DNA of 25,637 nt from Pseudomonadota bacterium. GTDB taxonomy: Bacteria > Bdellovibrionota > FAC87 > UBA2466. Of the stretch, positions 1 to 7,290 are shown one piece after another. Location of the stretch: assembly GCA_043718025.1 (NCBI GenBank), contig JAYSWN010000141.1, positions 1 to 25,637 of the forward strand. The letters are read 5' to 3'. The number at the start of each line of letters is the position of its first letter. The first letter of the stretch is position 1. The position numbers were made by a program, and so were the translations under genes. Under the pieces are notes generated by a model, which searched no databases, had not been told where the DNA came from, and saw nothing but the letters and a program-made list of their open reading frames with translations.

Positions 1-2
1 AC

Positions 3-1394
3 CTGAACCCGAATGCCAAATTTTCTGATGGAAAACTGATCACCGCCGATGACGTTAAATACACGTGGACCGAAATTTTTAATCCCAAAAATAAAACGGC
101 ACCTTTTCAATCGTATTTCGGCTCGTTTACTTCGTGCGAAGTGGTGAACGCAAAAACGATTAAATTTGTCTCTAAGCAAAAGCATTTCAAAAATCTAGAA
201 AAGTTTGCAAGTTTGATCGTGTTGCCCAAACATTTTTACAGCAAAGGCGACTTCAATAAGGCCTTCAACACTAAAATGATGGGATCGGGCCCTTATACGT
301 TGGACAAACTTCAGCACGGGGAAAAGATCACCCTCAAACGCAACCCCGACTACTGGGGCGCCAAATTGCCACTCAACGTTGGTCGCTACAATTTCGACAA
401 AGTGATCTTCCGTTCGATTGCCGATCATAACGTCGCCTTCGAATTATTTAAGAAGGGCGAGGTAGACTATTACTACTTTCTTATTTCAAAGACGTGGGCC
501 ACCGAAACGCTTACCGGCCCCTTCGAAAAAAATTACATCGTAAAACTTAAAGTAGAAAACAAACAGCCGTTCGCCACCCAAGGGGTGTCCTGGAACTTAC
601 GGCGCCCCCTGTTTGCTGACGCGCGTGTACGCAAAGCGTTGGCCCACCTTTATCATCACGAGCGAATCAACAAAGAGCTTTTGTACAACAACTACCGGCC
701 CGCCACCGGCGTATTGGCGACGACCTCTGATTACCATTCCCCAAAAGTGATGCCGATTCCCTACGATGCAAAAGCGGCGCGAAAACTTTTAAACGAAGCG
801 GGCTGGAAAGCCGGTGCCGACGGGGTGCTTGAAAAGGACGGCAAGAAGTTTGCGTTTGAACTCATCACCGACAATCCAGTCTATCTGCGCTGGCTCACCA
901 TGTATCAAGAGGAGCTTAAAGCGATGGGCATTCAAATGAATATTCGCGTCGCCGACTGGGCCACCCGTTTGAAGTTGATGGACGACTGGCAATTTGACGT
1001 GGTGGATTCGGCGCGCGGCCGTGACATTGACCCGAGCGACTTCGAGGGCGCTTGGGGTAGCAAACAGGCGGAGATCAAGGGCAGCAGCAATTTCATGGGT
1101 TATAAAAACCCCCGAGTCGACGAGTTGGCGGCCAAGATAGATCTCACCTTCGACAGAAAAGCTCGCATCGCCCTGGTACGAGAACTGGACGAGATCATTT
1201 CGAACGACCAACCAATGCTATTCACCTACGAAGGCATTTTCAGCCGTCTTGGCTACTGGAATCGCTTTGGGTTTAAGGGCAAAGGTTATTTCAATTACTC
1301 AAACTGGAAAGACGCCTTTCACTACTGGTGGTTTGATAAGTCTAAAGATGACACTCTAAAAGCGGCGATGGCCAAAGGCGTGCCGGTTTCATGA
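3..1394 (+). CDS. ABC transporter substrate-binding protein, family 5 (YejA/OppA-like), 5'-truncated by the window
   Basis: The frame is open from base 3 (LNPNAKFSDGKLITADDVKYTW, the family-5 'FSDG..ITA.DV' motif). It also has GSGPY, RNPDYWG and 'FADARVRKAL', and is followed by two OppB/C-type permeases. Confidence 0.93.
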   Translation: MNPNAKFSDGKLITADDVKYTWTEIFNPKNKTAPFQSYFGSFTSCEVVNAKTIKFVSKQKHFKNLEKFASLIVLPKHFYSKGDFNKAFNTKMMGSGPYTLDKLQHGEKITLKRNPDYWGAKLPLNVGRYNFDKVIFRSIADHNVAFELFKKGEVDYYYFLISKTWATETLTGPFEKNYIVKLKVENKQPFATQGVSWNLRRPLFADARVRKALAHLYHHERINKELLYNNYRPATGVLATTSDYHSPKVMPIPYDAKAARKLLNEAGWKAGADGVLEKDGKKFAFELITDNPVYLRWLTMYQEELKAMGIQMNIRVADWATRLKLMDDWQFDVVDSARGRDIDPSDFEGAWGSKQAEIKGSSNFMGYKNPRVDELAAKIDLTFDRKARIALVRELDEIISNDQPMLFTYEGIFSRLGYWNRFGFKGKGYFNYSNWKDAFHYWWFDKSKDDTLKAAMAKGVPVS

Positions 1395-1395
1395 C

Positions 1396-2415
1396 ATGAG
1401 GGATTATCTTCTCCGGCGTTTTCTCTATGCGGTACCAACGCTGCTAGGCATCAGCCTGATCTGCTTTTGCCTGGTTCAGCTGGCCCCCGGCGGGCCGGTG
1501 GAACAGACGCTAGCCGAATGGCGTCACGCCAGTGCCGGAGAGACCGGTGGTTCCGAAAAGTCTTCCGCGATAACCGAAGAACAACGTCAGGCCCTCATTG
1601 AATATTTTGGTTTTCACGAGCCACTTCTCACCCGCTATGTAAAGTGGGTGAAAAAGGTGGCAACGCTCGATTTAGGTGAATCGTATCACTACGGAGAACC
1701 GGTTTCAGCGCTGATCGGTCGGGCGCTACCCGTGTCAATGTCGTTAGGCTTCTTCAGCTTTTTTTTGGTTTATCTCATTTCAATTCCTCTGGGCATTCGT
1801 AAAGCGGTGGTGCACGGCAGTCGTTTTGATGCGGCCAGTTCCTCGATCCTGTTTCTCCTCTACGCCATTCCCTCTTTTGCCCTCGGTGTTTTGTTGATCG
1901 TGTTTTTTGCCGGCGGTAGTTTCTATAATATTTTTCCTTCGCAAGGGCTCACTTCAGAAAACTGGGATGAGCTGGGCTTTTTTGCCAAGCTAGGCGACTA
2001 CCTTTATCACTTGGCCCTACCTCTTTTCTGCTCGGTGATCGGGTCTCTGGCTAGCGTCACCCTGCTGATGAAAAACTCGCTGCTCGATCAGCTTAAGCTC
2101 GACTACGTGCTCACCGCACGGGCCAAGGGTTTAAGCGAAAAGCGAGTGATTTGGGCGCACGCCGTGCGTAATGCGTTGCTACCCATCGCCAGCGGCATGG
2201 GCCAATGGCTCTCGGTATTTTTTTCGGGCAGTGTGCTTTTGGAAACGGTGTTCGGGCTGCAGGGAATGGGAAGGTTGAGCTACGAATCTATCATCCGACG
2301 CGATTACCCCATCGTGCTCGCCAATATTTTAATTCTGAGCGTAATGCACATCGCCGGCAATTTACTATCTGATCTGGCTTACGTGTTGCTTGATCCTAGG
2401 ATCGACTTCGCATGA
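1396..2415 (+). CDS. yejB: Peptide/microcin C ABC transporter permease (YejB/OppB-like)
   Basis: N-terminal 'YLLRRFL..VPTLLGI...QLAPGGPVEQ', 'LDLGES', EAA-type loop 'DYVLTARAKGLSE' and C-terminal 'RDYP...LDPRIDF'. Confidence 0.88.
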   Translation: MRDYLLRRFLYAVPTLLGISLICFCLVQLAPGGPVEQTLAEWRHASAGETGGSEKSSAITEEQRQALIEYFGFHEPLLTRYVKWVKKVATLDLGESYHYGEPVSALIGRALPVSMSLGFFSFFLVYLISIPLGIRKAVVHGSRFDAASSSILFLLYAIPSFALGVLLIVFFAGGSFYNIFPSQGLTSENWDELGFFAKLGDYLYHLALPLFCSVIGSLASVTLLMKNSLLDQLKLDYVLTARAKGLSEKRVIWAHAVRNALLPIASGMGQWLSVFFSGSVLLETVFGLQGMGRLSYESIIRRDYPIVLANILILSVMHIAGNLLSDLAYVLLDPRIDFA

Positions 2416-3461
2416 AGCAGATTTTGCTTTTTCAACTGCATCCCACGACCAAGAAACGGCTTCTCTATTTTCGTAAAAGCCCGCGCGCGTACTATTCATT
2501 CGTAATTATTACTTTTACTTTTCTGCTCACCCTGTTTGCCGAACTGCTCTGCAATAATCGCCCGTTGGTGCTTCAGTATCAGGGCCAATGGTACTTTCCC
2601 CTTTTTAAACATTACCCGGCCCAAATTTTTGGCGAGAACGTGCGCACCGAAGTGAATTTTAAGGCATTGGCTCAGAGTGAAGCGTACAAGAGGGGCAATG
2701 GTTTCGCGCTCTTTCCCTTAATCAGCCACCACCCCAACGTAAGCATGGAGAATTTGGTGGATCCGCCGCCCACAAAACCCACGCTTCAGAACTGGCTAGG
2801 CACCGATGATAGAGGGCGAGATCTGCTGGCGCGATTGATCTACGGCTTTCGTAATTCAATGGTGTTTGCGCTGATCTGTTGGGCGTTTACGATCGTATTC
2901 GCCTTTCTGGTGGGCGCCTCGCAAGGCTATATCGGGGGAAAGTTCGATCTCATCGGCCAGCGGTTAATCGAGATCTGGAACGCCCTACCCGTACTGTATT
3001 TAATTTTATTTTTGCTGAGCCTGTTTCCGCCTACCCTGTTTCTACTGGCGGTGATTTGGGTCACTTTTAGCTGGATAGGCTTGTCGGGGTACGTTCGAGC
3101 CGAAGTCTTAAAGATTAGGAAGCAGGAATTCGTGGCGGCTTCCAAAATTTTGGGGGGTGGGCCGTGGTGGATTTTGCGGCGGCACATTTTGCCCAATTCG
3201 CTCACGCCACTATTAACCTTTTCACCGTTCTTACTCTCCGCCGCGATCGGCAGCCTGGCGGCCTTGGACTATTTGGGGCTGGGCTTACCGCCTCCCACCG
3301 CGAGCTGGGGCGAGTTGCTTCGGCAGGGTAAAGAAAACCTTTCGAGCTGGTGGCTGGCCCTGTTCCCTTTCCTGAGTCTATTCCTGACGCTGTTGCTGCT
3401 GGGGTTCGTAGGCGAGGGAATACGCGACGCTTTTGATCCCCGATCTTCGGCAAAGCGATAA
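2412..3461 (+). CDS. yejE: Peptide/microcin C ABC transporter permease (YejE/OppC-like)
   Basis: 'FAELLCNNRPL', 'WLGTDDRGRDLLARLIYGFR', 'LDYLGLGLPPPTASWGELL' and 'GEGIRDAFDPR'. ATGA overlap with the upstream permease. Confidence 0.88.
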   Translation: MKQILLFQLHPTTKKRLLYFRKSPRAYYSFVIITFTFLLTLFAELLCNNRPLVLQYQGQWYFPLFKHYPAQIFGENVRTEVNFKALAQSEAYKRGNGFALFPLISHHPNVSMENLVDPPPTKPTLQNWLGTDDRGRDLLARLIYGFRNSMVFALICWAFTIVFAFLVGASQGYIGGKFDLIGQRLIEIWNALPVLYLILFLLSLFPPTLFLLAVIWVTFSWIGLSGYVRAEVLKIRKQEFVAASKILGGGPWWILRRHILPNSLTPLLTFSPFLLSAAIGSLAALDYLGLGLPPPTASWGELLRQGKENLSSWWLALFPFLSLFLTLLLLGFVGEGIRDAFDPRSSAKR

Positions 3462-3501
3462 CGGCTTTATCGTCGTAGCGAAATTATTTTCTCTTCCTTT
3501 A

Positions 3502-3530
3502 TTGACTTGCCGAGTCACCGCCGTTAAACC
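3502..3530 (+). promoter_or_regulatory. Possible sigma70-type promoter pointing into a non-coding convergent intergenic region
   Basis: TTGACT (3502-3507), 17-nt spacer, TAAACC (3525-3530), with an AT-rich tract upstream. The -10 box is imperfect. Confidence 0.3.
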
Positions 3531-3561
3531 CTGCCCTTACGACGTTTTTGAGTCTTAAACA

Positions 3562-3620
3562 GTCCAGAGGGTGGCGGGGTGTCGAGTCCCCCCAAATCTT
3601 GCTCTCGCCGCCTCTGTGAC
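3562..3620 (+). other. Extended imperfect stem-loop (candidate structured RNA or termination element)
   Basis: GTC-CAGAGG-G-TGGCG (3562-3576) pairs with CGCCG-CCTCTG-T-GAC (3606-3620), enclosing an inner GGG-TGTCGAGT-CCC hairpin. Confidence 0.45.
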
Positions 3621-3649
3621 CGTCTCTTCGATTACTTAATTTCCATTTT

Positions 3650-4399
3650 TTAAGCGGCTTTTTTCTTATTGGAGGCTTCTTTTGGCTGGGGAAGCTGTGT
3701 GGTCTCTCCCGAAACCAAAAACTGCCACAACTTGTTTGCCGGTAGCGGTGGATCAAGCGCGATAAGAATTTGCGAGGCCTGCTCAAAGATCATGGATTTT
3801 TGCTCTTCGGTCGTAGCCAGTGAATCTTCGGGACCAAGTCCGTTTGCCGAAAGGTTCTGTAAAAAAGGGGAAGCCACGTGGCCGGCTTCGGGTGATTCTT
3901 GAACCGTACGAGCTGCGTACTGCCCATTCCACTCAAGGTGTAGGCGTTTCAACACCTGGGGACCATTTTGTATCCAGAGGGTAAGCACGGCACCGCTGGG
4001 GCTCTCATAAACCGAACGCTCGAAACCAGTTTCCGTATCTTCTTTCGGCGTTTCACACGGCTTCATACCCATTGCAAAATTTGCCGGCTGCAGCATCTCA
4101 TGAAGCTTTTTCTTAAGCTCGTTGGTTATCTTTTTGAATTCGAGACCCACCAGGCGGGGGGCGCCGTGGTGAGTGATGCGAGCTTCTAACTCGTACACTT
4201 CTTTCTTTGACCAATGAAAACGAAAGGTGCAGATGGCACCGTTTTTTAACTCCGCCGGCATCGGCTCCGGCACCCAAATGCCCAAGCCGCCCTCGCTAAT
4301 ATTGCGAACCGGGTAACGCGTTCCGCTCATCTCCACTTCAGGAGTGATCGAACGGGCCAGAGTGGTTACTGGAATTCTAGGCTGACGTTGATAGCTCAT
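3650..4399 (-). CDS. PilZ domain-containing protein with a C-terminal domain of unknown function
   Basis: N-terminal 'QRQPR' and 'NISEGGLG' (D/NxSxxG), beta-strands ending in 'VGLEF'. SD GAGGAA lies 5 nt before the ATG. Confidence 0.8.
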   Translation of the reverse strand: MSYQRQPRIPVTTLARSITPEVEMSGTRYPVRNISEGGLGIWVPEPMPAELKNGAICTFRFHWSKKEVYELEARITHHGAPRLVGLEFKKITNELKKKLHEMLQPANFAMGMKPCETPKEDTETGFERSVYESPSGAVLTLWIQNGPQVLKRLHLEWNGQYAARTVQESPEAGHVASPFLQNLSANGLGPEDSLATTEEQKSMIFEQASQILIALDPPLPANKLWQFLVSGETTQLPQPKEASNKKKAA

Positions 4400-4416
4400 C
4401 GTAATTCCTCATTTAC

Positions 4417-4444
4417 CTATCGGCAAAAAACCCGCCGCACTTTA
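4417..4444 (-). promoter_or_regulatory. Sigma28 (FliA/SigD)-type promoter for the PilZ gene
   Basis: The minus strand reads TAAAG-tgcggcgggtttttt-GCCGATAG (TAAA-N16-GCCGATAG), ending 17 nt before the start codon. Confidence 0.65.
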
Positions 4445-4539
4445 ACGGCATGGGAGGGGCTGACTTTAGCCGCCGATAGCGCTTTAGAGGCCGTTTTGGG
4501 ATTGACTCAAGCGGCAAAATTGCGTTCTCTGCCTGCTTT

Positions 4540-5112
4540 ATGTGGAACCTACTTTCTGCGACGCCAATGGCCTGGGTTGAGGCCGTACTAGCTGATTTTC
4601 CAGCCTTTTTAATCGATCACGCCAGTTGCGAACGCAAAGCCTCGGCGGTGGGAATGTCGTTCGTGGTGCGCTACCCCGACCGTCCTGAGTTGATGGAGCC
4701 GATGATTCACTTCGCGCGCGAAGAACTCGAACACTTTCACCAGGTCTACCGGGTGATGGCGCGCTTAGGACTACGCCCTGCCCCCGACACCGAAGATGAG
4801 TACGTGAATCGACTCATGAAGAGTGTGCGTTTCGGTCGTGAAGAGCGTTTCTTAGACCGGCTGCTTGTTTCTGGAGTGATCGAGGCCCGCGGCGCCGAAC
4901 GACTGCAATTGATTGCCGATCATCTGTTGGACCCCGACCTTCAACAGTTTTATTTACGACTGGCTCGCGCCGAAGTGTCGCATAAAAATCTTTTCGTCGA
5001 CATGGCCTTGAAATACTTCGACGAAAAAACAGTGCTGAATCGCCTCAACGAATTTTTAGTGTTGGAAGACGTGGCGATCCGCGCGGTTCCCGTGCGAGCC
5101 CTGGTTCACTAG
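4540..5112 (+). CDS. miaE: tRNA-(ms2io6A37) hydroxylase MiaE (ferritin-like di-iron enzyme)
   Basis: 'LIDHASCERKAS', 'AREELEHF', 'DRLLVSGVIEARG.ER' and 'LARAEVSH' supply the E/H di-iron ligands; length 190 aa. Confidence 0.92.
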   Translation: MWNLLSATPMAWVEAVLADFPAFLIDHASCERKASAVGMSFVVRYPDRPELMEPMIHFAREELEHFHQVYRVMARLGLRPAPDTEDEYVNRLMKSVRFGREERFLDRLLVSGVIEARGAERLQLIADHLLDPDLQQFYLRLARAEVSHKNLFVDMALKYFDEKTVLNRLNEFLVLEDVAIRAVPVRALVH

Positions 5113-6359
5113 TGAACGCCTCACCAACCGAAAAATATTTATCCACCTACGCCACACCAGAAATTGCGATCGCTTCCGAACTTCCCGCAAAAAAATGGGG
5201 CCGAGTTTTAGTCGTGCCCGCGTTAGCCGAGGCCGAACTGTTCCCCAATCTCTGGCGGTCGGTAATTACCGCAAGCCAAAACTTCTCTCTGCCGACTTTA
5301 GTTATCGTGGTGATTAACGCCAAAGACAGCGCGCCAGCGGAGGCCCACGCGGCCAATCAAAAACTGGCGCACTGGCTAAACCTTGCTCTATCTCCCACCG
5401 CTTACGAATGGGGACAGTGGGCGCAAACCCCTTTGGTAGATTTAGTAGCCATCGATCGTTATCAATCTGGCCGTCGGCTCAAAGAGAAGCAGGGTGTAGG
5501 TCAGGCACGAAAAATTGGTTGCGATCTGGCGCTTGAACTTTTTAATCGGCGGCAAATTGAAATGGTGGGCATGGATGTCACCGATGCCGATGCTGAACTT
5601 CCCGCCGATTATTGGGCGGGAGACTTTCTCCAAAGCGCGTTTGCCGGACTAAGAAAACAGCGTCCGGTCGTAGGGCTACACGCTTTTACCCACCGTGCGG
5701 TGCCCGGCCACGAACGCGCCATCCAAGAGTACGAAACCTTCTTGCAGTATTACGTCGACGGCTTAACGTACGCCGATTCTGCGTACGCGTTTCAAACCGT
5801 GGGTAGCACCTTACGCCTTGGATTTGAAGCCTACGCTGAAGTGCGCGGTTTTCCCGATCGCGAGGCCGGCGAAGATTTCTATTTGTTGAACAAGCTTGCA
5901 AAAGTGGGCGGCGTTTTTCATTCGCGAAAAACTATTTCGTTGAGCGGCCGACCCTCGTGGCGGGTTCCCTTCGGTACCGGACAGCAGGTGAATCGCCTGT
6001 CCGAACTCTATGGCGCGGGCTCGGACTATTTAGTTTACGATCCACGAGTATTTGAAAATTTGAAGAAGTGGAACCGACTATTGCGCGAGTGGGCCGAAAC
6101 CCCCGATGACGCGATATGGCGCGATCAACTGGGTGAGTTGGCATGCGTCGCCGAAACGCTGGGGGCCGCCGAATCCATGGCCGCGGCAAAGAAGGGGCGT
6201 AAGGACGCTCAATCTCGAGCCCTACATTTACAGGAATGGTTTGACGCGTTTCGCACTCTAAAGTTTGTACACCTGGTCACCGGTTCGCTTTATCCGAAGA
6301 TTCCGCTGCAAGAAGTGCAACGCCAGCGAAACCGCCAAAAAGCTCTTTTCAAGAACTAA
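5112..6359 (+). CDS. GT-A fold (GT2-like) glycosyltransferase
   Basis: 'VLVVPALAE', 'GVGQARKIG', DxD motif 'TDADAELP', 'YAEVRGF' and 'GEDFYLLNKL'. The GTG start overlaps the miaE TAG by 1 nt. Confidence 0.75.
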   Translation: MNASPTEKYLSTYATPEIAIASELPAKKWGRVLVVPALAEAELFPNLWRSVITASQNFSLPTLVIVVINAKDSAPAEAHAANQKLAHWLNLALSPTAYEWGQWAQTPLVDLVAIDRYQSGRRLKEKQGVGQARKIGCDLALELFNRRQIEMVGMDVTDADAELPADYWAGDFLQSAFAGLRKQRPVVGLHAFTHRAVPGHERAIQEYETFLQYYVDGLTYADSAYAFQTVGSTLRLGFEAYAEVRGFPDREAGEDFYLLNKLAKVGGVFHSRKTISLSGRPSWRVPFGTGQQVNRLSELYGAGSDYLVYDPRVFENLKKWNRLLREWAETPDDAIWRDQLGELACVAETLGAAESMAAAKKGRKDAQSRALHLQEWFDAFRTLKFVHLVTGSLYPKIPLQEVQRQRNRQKALFKN

Positions 6360-6381
6360 AAAAATGCCGATATAGACCCCA

Positions 6382-7185
6382 GTGAAACTCCGTTGCCTTA
6401 CCATTTTGCTTAGCCTGATCAGCGGGATCGCCGTCGCTGAACCCACCGTAGACAATTTGCCGGGTATCCGGCGCACTCCTCTCACCGTTACTTTGGAGCG
6501 AACAGAATATGAAGAGATTCGCGCGCTGAGTCGTAAGATTCGCCCCAGCTCCACCTCCGTGGTTATCGGCATTGGCCAGAGTAGCACCCCGTGGGTAACT
6601 TACTTGAGCGAACTGTCTCCGCGTTCTTCATTCAATTTTCCCCTTTCCGGTTTTCGCTCCCTTACCCCGGGCTCCCTAACCGAGGACGAACTAACGCAAC
6701 TGCACGACCATCTCGATGCGGTTTTTCCCGCCAAAGAGAAGGTGCGCAACAAAAAGCTCATTCTCACTGACTTTGCCAATCGGGGGGCGTCGTTCACTAA
6801 CCAACAACACTATCTACTGGAGTGGCTAAAACTTCGCGGCTACACCAACGAAGTGGAATGGGTGGCCGTTTGTACCGTTGAGAATGAAGGCATCGTAAAA
6901 CGCCATTTGGCAATGGCCACGCAAGCGGTGCGCTTGATTGCCGTGGACGGAATTCTCGGCGGCCGTCTCGATAGAGCAGAATACGATTTATATTCTGAAG
7001 TAGGCAGTGCCGATCGAAAGAACGAGTATCAAAAGCACGATTACGAAGGAGTGAGGCACGGCGCGTTCAAAAATCAGTTGCGCCAGTTCATAAACGACGA
7101 TCGCAGAGTCTTTTCCGATCAAACCGAACGGTATTCACTTCCCACCACTATGAATTGCCCATTCCGTTTTCTGGGCCCACTCTAA
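6382..7185 (+). CDS. Secreted hypothetical protein, possible PRTase-like fold
   Basis: Signal peptide MKLRCLTILLSLISGIAVA. 'VVIGIGQS' and 'KLILTDFANRGAS' loosely resemble the type I PRT loops. Confidence 0.6.
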   Translation: MKLRCLTILLSLISGIAVAEPTVDNLPGIRRTPLTVTLERTEYEEIRALSRKIRPSSTSVVIGIGQSSTPWVTYLSELSPRSSFNFPLSGFRSLTPGSLTEDELTQLHDHLDAVFPAKEKVRNKKLILTDFANRGASFTNQQHYLLEWLKLRGYTNEVEWVAVCTVENEGIVKRHLAMATQAVRLIAVDGILGGRLDRAEYDLYSEVGSADRKNEYQKHDYEGVRHGAFKNQLRQFINDDRRVFSDQTERYSLPTTMNCPFRFLGPL

Positions 7186-7290
7186 CTCAGTTGCGTCTTA
7201 GATGGCCGGCGACCAATTTGAAGGATAGAATTTATCCGCCGATTCAGCGTGTGCCCGGCAACTCAGCAAAATATTTACGGAGAGACTACC

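Noticed and set aside
789..1211. This ORF and the many other short antisense or out-of-frame ORFs in the track
   Set aside because: All lie within well-supported genes and show no independent coding signals.
3576..3593. T-arm-like hairpin read as a tRNA or tmRNA gene
   Set aside because: It lacks TTC, an acceptor stem with CCA, and D and anticodon arms. It is kept only as part of the sRNA candidate.
3499..3786. 95-aa minus-strand ORF overlapping the PilZ 3' end
   Set aside because: It is an alternative frame with no recognisable motif or SD, so probably spurious.
4472..4479. GCCGATAG on the + strand upstream of miaE
   Set aside because: There is no TAAA-like -35 element at the right distance.
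6349..6373. GCCGATAT upstream of the secreted protein as a sigma28 promoter
   Set aside because: The nearest -35-like TCAAG is only 12 nt away and the box is just 8 nt from the start codon, so the spacing is poor.
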